Assembly: GCA_020350885.1 (NCBI GenBank) | Contig: CP070727.1 | Coordinates: 3,732,738-3,796,737, forward strand | Direction of reading: 5' to 3' | From: a bacterium | GTDB lineage: Bacteria > Krumholzibacteriota > Krumholzibacteriia > Krumholzibacteriales > Krumholzibacteriaceae | DNA length: 64,000 bases | Part shown: positions 1 to 8,645 of the stretch, in pieces | How the letters are laid out: each line of letters begins with the position of its first letter | How positions within the stretch are numbered: position 1 is the first letter of the stretch | Position numbers and translations under genes: made by a program | Notes under the pieces: generated by a model | The model's database searches: none | Told to the model about the DNA's origin: nothing | Seen by the model: only the letters and a program-made list of their open reading frames with translations

Positions 1-968
1 GTGAAACCGTTGACAGTGACCTCCCCGTTGCTCATCGATCCACCGTGCACGGCGTATCCCCCTGTTTCATGATCGGAGGTGACGATGACGAGGGTGGTTC
101 CGTCATTTTCTGCGAAGTCCAGGCCTTTTTCGATGGCCCCGTCGAAATCGATCATTTCGGCGATGATCTCGTCACTGTCGTGATCGTGGCCGACCCAATC
201 GATCTGGGAACCCTCAACCAAGAGAAAGAAGCCGTTTTCGTTTTTTGACAGAATACGAATCGCTTTTTCCGTGAGCTCGGCTAGGGAGATCTCGCGTTTG
301 GCGGCAACGGGTGGATGGCGTCGCGCAAGAAGCGCTGCGGCGCGTGGTACATCACCGAGGTCCCTGAACTCCTCGGGGGAACGGGCGATCTTCATCTCCG
401 CCGCCAGCCTCGTCAGAAGATCTGTATCGTCGCGGCGCCTGCTCCCCGTGGTACCCTGTGGGACAAAGTGAGCCCATCCGCCGCCGAAGAGAACGTCGAC
501 ACCGCTCGCTACGATCTGCTCGGCGATTTCATTCTCCTTCTGCCTGTTGTCGATATGGGCGGCGAACGCGGCGGGCGTGGCGTGCGTAACAGAACAGGTG
601 ACCACCAATCCGGTCGACATCCCGAGCTCCTCGGCGTATTCGAGCACTGTCTTGAGCGGTTTTCCATCGGGGGATACAGAGATCGCGCCGTTGTATGTCT
701 TGACACCCGTCGCCATTGCGGTGCTGCTCGCCGCCGAATCGGTTATGAGATCATCATGCGCATGGGTCGTAAGAAGCCCCACTACCGTGAAACGTTCGAG
801 ATTCAGCGTGCCGCTGACGATCTTCGCCGCCGTGATATGTGCCACTCCCATACCATCGCCGATGAAGAGTATTATATTCCTGGGGGCCTGTGGTTCGCCG
901 GTGACCGCCGTGCGGAAGCCCAAGACGGAAACTGCGATACAAAACAGGACGATCAAACGCTTAAACAT
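1..968 (-). CDS. Alkaline phosphatase (PhoA family), partial: N-terminus at 968, C-terminal part runs off the left edge
   Basis: My minus-strand translation (ORF not in supplied track because it is truncated by the window edge): MFKRLIVLFCIAVSVLGF... signal peptide, GDGMGVAH, active-site DSAASSTAMATG, QIDWVGHDHD and SDHETGG motifs typical of alkaline phosphatases; GGAGG RBS a few nt upstream of ATG at 966-968. Confidence 0.8.
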   Translation of the reverse strand, partial: MFKRLIVLFCIAVSVLGFRTAVTGEPQAPRNIILFIGDGMGVAHITAAKIVSGTLNLERFTVVGLLTTHAHDDLITDSAASSTAMATGVKTYNGAISVSPDGKPLKTVLEYAEELGMSTGLVVTCSVTHATPAAFAAHIDNRQKENEIAEQIVASGVDVLFGGGWAHFVPQGTTGSRRRDDTDLLTRLAAEMKIARSPEEFRDLGDVPRAAALLARRHPPVAAKREISLAELTEKAIRILSKNENGFFLLVEGSQIDWVGHDHDSDEIIAEMIDFDGAIEKGLDFAENDGTTLVIVTSDHETGGYAVHGGSMSNGEVTVNGF

Positions 969-1177
969 GTGCCGTGCCTCCGGAAAGCAACGATTCGCTT
1001 GTGCTAATATATATCATTTCCAACGGGAACCGAAATGTAATTCGCATACCGGTGCGTCTGAGCCGTATATGCTTGAAGAATCTGTAGTCTAGCGTATACT
1101 GTAGCGGTCATATCTGATTGATATATACTCGTAACGTCGGCTGTACACAAGAGGCAGATCCAAAAGGAGGTTCACGC

Positions 1178-2272
1178 ATGCGCGAGGTTTTTCGCTCTTC
1201 GCTGGTGCTCGGTGTCGCCATCCTACTGACATTGACCGCCAGTACCACAGCGGCACATGAATCGAAAACACAGACCACCGGCGAGCTCGAGAAGCTCGCC
1301 GAATACCACACGTTGCTCGCACACCGGCTCGACAGGCTCGAGAAGGCGGTCGACGATCTGCTCTGGCACCAAAGGCTCGGGAACGGGATCTTTATCGACA
1401 AGGTATACATCACCGGTCCACCGCTCAGGCACGAGGAGAATCCGACGGCCCAGGGGGCCGGCAATCGTGTGAAGTTCTGGTCGTATATCTTTATCCCGCG
1501 TGAAATCGATCCCGGAAAAAAATATCCGCTCATCGTCCTTCCCCACGGGGGCGTCCACAGCAGCTTCACCACATACTACACACATATCGTCAGGGAGCTC
1601 ATCGCCCAGCAATACATAGTCGTGGCACCCGAGTATAGAGGCAGCACGGGCTATGGAAAGTCGTTCTACGAGAAGATCGACTACGGTGGACTGGAGACCG
1701 AGGATGTGAAGGCGAGCCGGGATTACATGATCGATAACTACGACTTCGTCGACGGTCGCCGGGTCGGCATTATCGGCTGGAGTCACGGCGGTCTCATCAC
1801 GCTGCACAATATCTTCGATCACCCCGAAGATTACAAGGTCGCCTTCGCCGGTGTGCCCGTGAGCGATCTCATCGCCCGTATGGGGTATAAGACGCAGGCC
1901 TACCGCGATCTCTACTCGGTCGAATACCACATCGGTAAGACCGCCTACGAGGATGTCGAGGAATACCGGAGGCGCTCACCTGCCTGGAACGCCCATAAGC
2001 TGCAAACCCCCCTGCTCATCCATACCAACACCAACGATGCCGATGTCAATGTTCTCGAGGTCGAGCACCTGATCAAATCACTCAAGGCAGAAGGCAAGGA
2101 GTTCGAGTACGAGATCTACGAGGATATCCCGGGCGGTCACTCATTCGACCGTATGGACACGGGGAAGGCGAAGCAGATACGGTTGAAGATCTACCGGTTC
2201 CTGGCCGGATACCTGAAACCACCGAACCGCTTTTCGTCGGTAAAGGACATCGAAGAGGCCGCCTACCGGTAG
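1178..2272 (+). CDS. Secreted alpha/beta-hydrolase, S9 prolyl-oligopeptidase/dienelactone-hydrolase-like serine hydrolase
   Basis: ORF 1118..2272; preferred start MREVF at 1178 preceded by AAAAGGAGG; N-terminal signal peptide; GWSHGG nucleophile elbow (GxSxG), C-terminal D..H consistent with catalytic triad. Confidence 0.65.
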   Translation: MREVFRSSLVLGVAILLTLTASTTAAHESKTQTTGELEKLAEYHTLLAHRLDRLEKAVDDLLWHQRLGNGIFIDKVYITGPPLRHEENPTAQGAGNRVKFWSYIFIPREIDPGKKYPLIVLPHGGVHSSFTTYYTHIVRELIAQQYIVVAPEYRGSTGYGKSFYEKIDYGGLETEDVKASRDYMIDNYDFVDGRRVGIIGWSHGGLITLHNIFDHPEDYKVAFAGVPVSDLIARMGYKTQAYRDLYSVEYHIGKTAYEDVEEYRRRSPAWNAHKLQTPLLIHTNTNDADVNVLEVEHLIKSLKAEGKEFEYEIYEDIPGGHSFDRMDTGKAKQIRLKIYRFLAGYLKPPNRFSSVKDIEEAAYR

Positions 2273-2324
2273 CCGCCGCTCGAACCGATGGACGGCAACA
2301 CCGGTATCGACGAGATACCGGCAC

Positions 2325-2876
2325 CTACAGATCTCTGTCCCGCAGAAAGGTACGCACGAACTCTTTGATCCTCTCGAGCTCGGACTCCACCGGAATCTCA
2401 TCGAGAAGTCCGGGAATCTGCTCCCTGTTGTCGAGGTATGCAATGAGGGGGCGCCCGTAGTGCAGGGCCAGGGCAACTTCACTCGCCGTACCGGCCGAGC
2501 CCGGCAGCGCTACGATCACATCGGAGCTCAGGACGTTTATATGGTTGCGTGACATCGGCTCCGTGCCTCGGTCACCGCGTAGAGGAAGATGCGTGAATAT
2601 TGGTACCTCCACCCATGGATTCGGATAGCCTTCGTGGGACTGCCCTCCCGTCTCCCCCGGATCAGCGGGAATGATACCGATCACGAGCCCCTTCCTCGGA
2701 GATACGAGGTGATACGCCCTGCTCACGCTTGTCATCACGCCGCCACCGCCTCCCGTCAGAAGATGCACGCCGAGTTCCGCCAGCCACACGCCGAGGCGCT
2801 CGGCCCGCTCGGTATGCGGCTCATTCCCCGAGCCCATTACACCGACGATCGGTAGTCTAACCTGTAATGGTATCAT
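2325..2876 (-). CDS. LOG-family / TIGR00725-type Rossmann-fold nucleotide-binding protein
   Basis: 183 aa; VGVMGSG and LTGGGGGVM glycine-rich motifs, PGSAGTASE resembling the LOG PGGxGTxxE motif. Confidence 0.55.
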   Translation of the reverse strand: MIPLQVRLPIVGVMGSGNEPHTERAERLGVWLAELGVHLLTGGGGGVMTSVSRAYHLVSPRKGLVIGIIPADPGETGGQSHEGYPNPWVEVPIFTHLPLRGDRGTEPMSRNHINVLSSDVIVALPGSAGTASEVALALHYGRPLIAYLDNREQIPGLLDEIPVESELERIKEFVRTFLRDRDL

Positions 2877-2910
2877 GATTACGTATATATATAGGAAACA
2901 GACGATCCGA

Positions 2911-3645
2911 TCAACCGTTCTCTCTCCGTTTCCATCCTATGTGGGCGGCCACGGCCCCGAACGTCATTCTGCGAAAACCGACATCCACAAATCCTGCCTC
3001 CTCGAGAATCCCGGTGAGCTCCTCGGCCCCGTAGAATCGCGGTATCGTGGCCGCGAGGTAGGCATAGGCGATGGTCGAACCCGATATCACCCGCCCGACC
3101 GCCCGCACAAACAGGCGGACATAGAGATGGAACAGCCACCTCACGAGCGGCGATGGAGGCTGGCTTGTCTCGAGATTCAGAAACATGCCACCCGGCTTGA
3201 GCACACGTCGGAACTCCCTGAAGCTGTGTATCAGGACACTCTCGCTGAGATTGATATTTCGTGTGGCAAAGGAGATCGTTACGAGATCGAAGGTGTCGTC
3301 AGGAAAGGGAAGGCCCTTGATGTCGGAAAGCACCGGCGTCACACCGTCCCCCCCTGGCTTCTGCCTGATACGATCGAGCATAGGCCGCACGAAATCTACC
3401 GCATAGACTCCCGTGCCCGAGGGGGCCGATCGCTTGAGATAGGCAGCGGTTTCCCCCGTTCCGCTGCATACATCCACCCACCGGTTCCCGCCCACCTGCA
3501 CGGCCATCCGAACCGCATTCCTGCGCCATAGGATATCGAGACCGAGTGTAAGGATGTGATTGACGATTTCGTAGGTGTGGGGTATCTCGGCGAAGATTCT
3601 CCTGATACTCGGTTCCATCCGCCCGTCACGCCCATCCCCGTTCAA
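2911..3645 (-). CDS. ubiE: Class I SAM-dependent methyltransferase, UbiE/MenG (demethylmenaquinone/ubiquinone C-methyltransferase) family
   Basis: YEIVNHILTLGLDILWRR (UbiE N-terminal signature YDxMNDxxSxGxHRxWR), SAM motif I VDVCSGTGE, motif post-I VYAVDF; true start may be the second Met (3618). Confidence 0.7.
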   Translation of the reverse strand: MNGDGRDGRMEPSIRRIFAEIPHTYEIVNHILTLGLDILWRRNAVRMAVQVGGNRWVDVCSGTGETAAYLKRSAPSGTGVYAVDFVRPMLDRIRQKPGGDGVTPVLSDIKGLPFPDDTFDLVTISFATRNINLSESVLIHSFREFRRVLKPGGMFLNLETSQPPSPLVRWLFHLYVRLFVRAVGRVISGSTIAYAYLAATIPRFYGAEELTGILEEAGFVDVGFRRMTFGAVAAHIGWKRRENG

Positions 3646-3655
3646 ACGGAACGGA

Positions 3656-4087
3656 TCACTTCTTCAGATCCCACCATCCGACCCAATTCACGTAAATGAC
3701 AGCCTTATGATACATGGTGTCGGGGCCATATAACAGCTTTTCCCACTGGTATTCGAAACCGAGCGTCGCAATGACACCGCCGGGACTGTACGTATCGAGC
3801 GATATCCCGACTCCGGGGGCGATCGCATTGTTCCAATCGTACTCCTCGATATCCCACTTGTAACGCAATACCGCATACGTGTTCAGCGTAGTGTTTCCAC
3901 TGCGCATCCAGTCGATCCCCTGCTTGAACCACCCGTTGAAGATAAGGTTGTCCTCGCCTTCCCGCGGCAGGTCCCACCTGAGTTCACCCCACGTGGAACC
4001 CCTGAATCCCTCGAAAGCTCGTGCCGTCCCGGTAACCGTTACGGAAAAAAGGAGCATAACGAGCAGCCCACATTGAATTAGCTTCAT
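3656..4087 (-). CDS. Small secreted hypothetical protein (signal peptide, Trp/Tyr-rich, possible beta-rich envelope protein)
   Basis: 143 aa ORF with N-terminal signal-peptide-like MKLIQCGLLVMLLFSVTVTGTARA; immediately downstream of the GT-C gene in the same orientation. Confidence 0.4.
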   Translation of the reverse strand: MKLIQCGLLVMLLFSVTVTGTARAFEGFRGSTWGELRWDLPREGEDNLIFNGWFKQGIDWMRSGNTTLNTYAVLRYKWDIEEYDWNNAIAPGVGISLDTYSPGGVIATLGFEYQWEKLLYGPDTMYHKAVIYVNWVGWWDLKK

Positions 4088-4090
4088 TGG

Positions 4091-5500
4091 TCAAATCCTC
4101 CCAAAGATCCGTGCACTGGTAACACCCCACGAATGCGTTATCGTGAAATCCTCGATCAGGGTGTACTCATTTTTTATACATGCTTCGTATTCCTCACATG
4201 GAAACTGATCTCCATAGAATTCCTCACATATGATAAAATCGACCTCTTCCTTGAATGCAGGGCCCGAATTCCCGCTGTCGGCTATGTCCGTGATATGCAT
4301 GTATCTGGCATGTGGATACTTATCCCCGAATGTATAGATCAGTACAACTCCGTCCCATCCGTTCAGGGCGACACGCATTCCGTCGAAACCGTTCTCATCG
4401 AAGAAATCTATGACCTGTGAGGAATCGGGGTACTGCCGTTCGAGCCATCTCAGGTTGTTGAAACCGTAAGCCCAGAAGACCACAAGCACAGCAACCGTGA
4501 AGAATGTGCGTGCGGTCCGGCTTGCGTTTCTCATCGAGAAGAGGTTGGCGATATGATCGACACCGAGTGCGGCGGCCGGTGCCAGAAACACGAGTGCATA
4601 TATCATATTCTTGTTCACCGACTGCTCCGAGCGGGTCATGAGATGCACAATGATGATCGGCGTCGAAAGAATGATGGAGAGTATCGCCGGAATCCCCCAC
4701 TTCTCGTGGAAGATGCCGAAGATCGCCAGAAGATACGCAAGCGAGACCCACCGGAGCGACCAATCGAGAAGCGTCGACAGCGGAAGCTGGGTCATACTGC
4801 GGGCGCTCTGCACTTGACCCACTATTTCGGCACGAGGTGCAAACGGGGCAAAAAGATAGTAGAGGAGCAGAAGAACGGCGACCGGAGCGATATACAGTAT
4901 CAGCGTTCTTCGAACCCCGTGCTTGAATACGGCATAGGCGAGGAAGAAGGGTATATAGACGGGAAGCAGATACTTTGTCACCGAGGCGATGAAGAGGATC
5001 ACAGCACCCTCGAGGAGCGCGAGATCCCTCCAGAGCTGCGAGCCGGCTCTGGTCGATACGACGAGCATGAGAAACGCCGTTCCGAGGAAGAAGGCGGCAA
5101 TCATATCGTACGTGGCAAGCTTCATAAGGTAGAGTGTCTGGCCGGAGAAGATAATGATCGTTGCGGCTATGAATCCGATCTTTTCGTCGAAGAGGAGCCG
5201 TGCCGTCAGAAAGGCGACGATCGCCAATGCCAGCCCGAAGAATGCATTCATGATCCTGGCGCCGTTGAGCCCTCCCATCGAATCCCCAAATGCCATGAAT
5301 ATCGGCTGAATGAAGACGGAACCGGTCATGTACGGACACCCCGGGCACGGCTCCCCGGCGAGGAGCTGCTGGCCGATGAGTATTGGAATCGCCTCATCCA
5401 TGTAAATCGAGTTGTAGTTCAAGTTCAGCACGGTGATCAGAAAGCCGTACATGAGCAGAACCAACAACAGATACCGGTATGTCGTTCCATTCCGTTTCAT
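4091..5500 (-). CDS. Polytopic GT-C-type glycosyltransferase (PMT/ArnT, family 39-like) membrane protein
   Basis: 469 aa, roughly 10 predicted hydrophobic helices, N-terminal DE-containing loop, overall architecture of dolichyl-phosphate-mannose/undecaprenyl-phosphate sugar transferases; start overlaps the stop of the upstream GT2 gene by 4 nt (5497-5500). Confidence 0.5.
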   Translation of the reverse strand: MKRNGTTYRYLLLVLLMYGFLITVLNLNYNSIYMDEAIPILIGQQLLAGEPCPGCPYMTGSVFIQPIFMAFGDSMGGLNGARIMNAFFGLALAIVAFLTARLLFDEKIGFIAATIIIFSGQTLYLMKLATYDMIAAFFLGTAFLMLVVSTRAGSQLWRDLALLEGAVILFIASVTKYLLPVYIPFFLAYAVFKHGVRRTLILYIAPVAVLLLLYYLFAPFAPRAEIVGQVQSARSMTQLPLSTLLDWSLRWVSLAYLLAIFGIFHEKWGIPAILSIILSTPIIIVHLMTRSEQSVNKNMIYALVFLAPAAALGVDHIANLFSMRNASRTARTFFTVAVLVVFWAYGFNNLRWLERQYPDSSQVIDFFDENGFDGMRVALNGWDGVVLIYTFGDKYPHARYMHITDIADSGNSGPAFKEEVDFIICEEFYGDQFPCEEYEACIKNEYTLIEDFTITHSWGVTSARIFGRI

Positions 5501-7716
5501 TCGTGATACAACGCCTTCGCCTTGTGGGCCAATTGCAGGATGTACTTTACACGCTCCGAATCCGGCTCCGACAGCCTGATACCGGCATAGTACTCGGGGT
5601 AGTTCTCGGATTGATGACGCACTGTCCGCACGACGGTCCCCATGAGCCGGATGTTACCTGTCTCTGGTGCAACCACGAGCTGCACCTGCTCCTCCGGCCG
5701 GTAATTCTCCTGCGCGGCGAGCAAGACACCGGTCGACGAGATATTCCGGATGACTCCAATCGATAAGCGATTGTTCCCCGATGAGAGCGCAACCGGCAGA
5801 TTCGCATAATGGCGCCGGGCGCGTCTCTTCCGCCTGCGGTGTTCCTCGAGTTGCCGCTCGAGAAATGTCCTGTACCGCTTCGAGTATTCCCTCAAGAATT
5901 TCACCAGTGCACCTTCGTGGAGGTAATGGGAGAGCTCGTCTCGGGCGGTTGTATCGATATTGACAAAGCGGAGACCCGTCCGCGAGATCAGGTGATTCGC
6001 CGCGGCGACGGTCTTCCCGTGCAGGAACACACAGTCGATGGAGACCTCCTTTTTCGGAAGCAGCACGGTGAGCCGGACAACCCGGTCGTCGGGAACCCTC
6101 CCGATCGAAAACAGTGAGATGCCGTATCGGGTCATGTTGTCGATGACCGCATACCGACCCGAATCCCGGCCACGGCCGGAATAGCTATAACGGACGGGAA
6201 GGGAATCCGGTATCCGGAAGATCTTTCTTCTCTGAAAGAGCTTCTTCCGCGCATAGAGGATGATCCCGATTGCCAGGCCGCTGTTGTAAAGAGCCCAGAG
6301 GCTGTTGACCACGATAATAAAATCATCATTACGTAACTGGAGAATCAGCTCGACGAGGGCCCATACAATCGCAACGATGCTGATAATGCATACCACGATC
6401 TGCGGGATCAGGAGCCGGTACGGTGCAAGGGATCGTTGTCCCTTTGGAGTTACTTTGAACTGTTTCGATTTCCGAGAGAATAGAAATGCCCCGAGCGTGC
6501 CGATATAGGTGACGAACTTGCCCATGCTGAACTGCTCGAGCAAGAGGTTGCCGCCGACACCGCGGCTCATCTCGTTGAACGCAAAGAGCGAGATCGTATA
6601 GTAGGGGATAAAGTGCAGAAGATAGTTGATATCGAGTGCCCGCATGGGCAGTATTCCCGTGATGAGCGCAATAGGCGGCGTGGCGTAAAAGATGAGCTTC
6701 TGAAAACCCTCGAGCGGATATATCAGGCTCTCGAGGTAACAGAGCCGCTGTGCAAAACTCATGCCCCTCATGAAGAGCGGATTCGCCCTGAAGAATACCT
6801 GCCAGCTCCCGATCCCCCACCGCATCCGCTGGATCTGAAAGGGATGTATGGTCTCGGCCGCTATTCCGTATGCCAGGACCTCGTTGTGATAGACCGATGA
6901 CCAGCCCTTGGAGTGAATCCGGACCGAAGTCAGGAGATCCTCGGTGACGGACTCGTGTGCGAATCCGCCGATATCATCGAGTGCCTTGCGCCTTATGATC
7001 GCACAGCTGCCGACGAAGTATGCCGCCTTCCAGTGATCACGGCCCGGCTGGATCAATGAATAGAAGAGGTACTGTTCGGCCCATATATATTTTTTCTTCG
7101 CATCCACCCGGTGCTGGAAGGAGTCGATATTGTAGTATTCCTGCGGTGTCTGAACGAAGGCGACTTCATCATCCCTGAAGTAGCCCAAGAGTTGGTCCAG
7201 AAAATGCGGCAACGGTGCGTGGTCGGCATCGAAGACGGCGACAAATTCGGCTTCCGAGTGCTCAAGCCCGAAGTTGAGGTTCCCCGCCTTTGCATGCTTG
7301 TGGGAGGACCGTGCGAGATGGATGCAACCCAGCTCCCCGCAGAGGTCCCTGACCTCTCGGCGGTTGCCGTCGTCGAGAACGATCGTGCGATGAGGGTACT
7401 TGAGATTATTGCAGGCAAGCAGAGTCTTTCTGAGGACATCGACCGATTCATTGACCGTGGGAATAAAGACATCTACCGTACGGCCGGGAAGCGGCTCGGG
7501 CGTCGTTCGCTCCTTCTGCTTCCAGACGACGAAATAGAGCAGGAAGGTGGAAAATGCCCCGAACACCTCCGCTACCCAGAGCGCCCAGGAGAACACCAGG
7601 GCGTTCGGGTTGAAGGTCTCCGTGATCCTCCAATAGAGGTAATAGACGGTCACTATGACCGCCACAATCGCAAAGACACGCCGTAGATGCTCAGCTCTTG
7701 ATGCATGCGTCTTCAT
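5497..7716 (-). CDS. bcsA: Cellulose-synthase-like processive GT2 glycosyltransferase with C-terminal PilZ (c-di-GMP-binding) domain, BcsA-like
   Basis: 739 aa; GT2 motifs DDG, DAD, QTPQ, QRMRW (QxxRW); multiple TM helices; C-terminal RRARR...IRNISSTGVLL matching PilZ RxxxR / DxSxxG signature. Confidence 0.75.
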   Translation of the reverse strand: MKTHASRAEHLRRVFAIVAVIVTVYYLYWRITETFNPNALVFSWALWVAEVFGAFSTFLLYFVVWKQKERTTPEPLPGRTVDVFIPTVNESVDVLRKTLLACNNLKYPHRTIVLDDGNRREVRDLCGELGCIHLARSSHKHAKAGNLNFGLEHSEAEFVAVFDADHAPLPHFLDQLLGYFRDDEVAFVQTPQEYYNIDSFQHRVDAKKKYIWAEQYLFYSLIQPGRDHWKAAYFVGSCAIIRRKALDDIGGFAHESVTEDLLTSVRIHSKGWSSVYHNEVLAYGIAAETIHPFQIQRMRWGIGSWQVFFRANPLFMRGMSFAQRLCYLESLIYPLEGFQKLIFYATPPIALITGILPMRALDINYLLHFIPYYTISLFAFNEMSRGVGGNLLLEQFSMGKFVTYIGTLGAFLFSRKSKQFKVTPKGQRSLAPYRLLIPQIVVCIISIVAIVWALVELILQLRNDDFIIVVNSLWALYNSGLAIGIILYARKKLFQRRKIFRIPDSLPVRYSYSGRGRDSGRYAVIDNMTRYGISLFSIGRVPDDRVVRLTVLLPKKEVSIDCVFLHGKTVAAANHLISRTGLRFVNIDTTARDELSHYLHEGALVKFLREYSKRYRTFLERQLEEHRRRKRRARRHYANLPVALSSGNNRLSIGVIRNISSTGVLLAAQENYRPEEQVQLVVAPETGNIRLMGTVVRTVRHQSENYPEYYAGIRLSEPDSERVKYILQLAHKAKALYHE

Positions 7717-7825
7717 GATAATTATCTTTTTATAATTATAGCATACGTGCGGTGCCAGATGTGAAAAAATAAACGGATTATTGGTGGTGTTTCAGGCCAG
7801 CGAAGCTCCAGGGTAACCCTAAAAA

Positions 7826-8473
7826 TCATTCCTGATTAGAAAATACAAGACAGTAGCTGTGATGATAGCCGAACAGCGAACCTTCGTGGCAGATGATCAC
7901 TTCACCCTGAAAGGTAAGTACCTCCGAGAGGGCTGTGCCGACGTCCCAGGAGAACGTCGTTACTCCCCTGCCACTCTTGATATTGACCACCTCCACCACG
8001 ACGTGGGCACCCGGTTTCATGAGCCGTCGCACCTGCTCGAAGATGAGTTTGAGCGATTGGATATAGGATGCATACTCCATTCCCTCTCTTGAATGAGAGG
8101 CAAGAGGATTCCGTATCTCTCCCTTCTCCATAAAGGGTGGTGAGGTAATCGATACATCGAATGAGGGAACGTCGAGGGACTCGATGTGCTGTGCATCCCC
8201 GCAAATCATGTGTGATGGTTGATGGAGCTTCGAACGTGCATACGCTACACGCCGCTCGTCCCGCTCGACACCGTACGGGATCCGCCCCATTCGCTGAGCT
8301 ACAAGCAAGGTCGTCCCATACCCGGCGAATGGATCGAACACGGTATCCCCCTCACGGGAAAACCGTTCCAGAAAATATTCAATGAGATCCTCAGAGGAAC
8401 GATCGTCCTCATCAGGCGAAACGCCCGGAGGTCGCTCACTGTATGCACGTTTCAACATCAGATACGTCTTCAT
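7826..8473 (-). CDS. Small orphan nucleic-acid N-methyltransferase (N6_N4-Mtase-like; motif I before motif IV)
   Basis: 215 aa; DPFAGYGTTLLVAQRMGR (FxGxG SAM motif I as in DNA methylase N-4/N-6 domain) followed about 60 aa later by TSPPF ((S/N/D)PP(Y/F) motif IV); no restriction endonuclease partner visible. Confidence 0.5.
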   Translation of the reverse strand: MKTYLMLKRAYSERPPGVSPDEDDRSSEDLIEYFLERFSREGDTVFDPFAGYGTTLLVAQRMGRIPYGVERDERRVAYARSKLHQPSHMICGDAQHIESLDVPSFDVSITSPPFMEKGEIRNPLASHSREGMEYASYIQSLKLIFEQVRRLMKPGAHVVVEVVNIKSGRGVTTFSWDVGTALSEVLTFQGEVIICHEGSLFGYHHSYCLVFSNQE

Positions 8474-8645
8474 AGCGGTCTTTCGGATCAGGTTGCAACA
8501 TCATGCGGCATGCTTCTCATATATCCGGTACCCGTGCGGTTATACGCACATCCGGGAATCAGTATTATGAGGGTATTTTCTATTTGTCAAATAGTTACTG
8601 TCCGGGTACACTCGATCGATCCTCTATCAAAGGAGATCTTCAGCC

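Noticed and set aside
315-1092. Plus-strand track ORFs 315..1007 and 547..1092
   Set aside because: They lie antisense to a clearly motif-bearing alkaline phosphatase on the minus strand and have Arg/Pro-rich low-complexity composition typical of high-GC antisense frames.
1223-1930. 235-aa minus-strand ORF
   Set aside because: Antisense to the S9 hydrolase gene, which has a GxSxG motif, a signal peptide and an RBS. No motifs of its own.
4395-5506. Two 317-aa ORFs (4395..5348 minus frame, 4553..5506 plus)
   Set aside because: They are nested within or antisense to the multi-TM GT-C-like gene. Arg-rich composition makes them alternative-frame artefacts.
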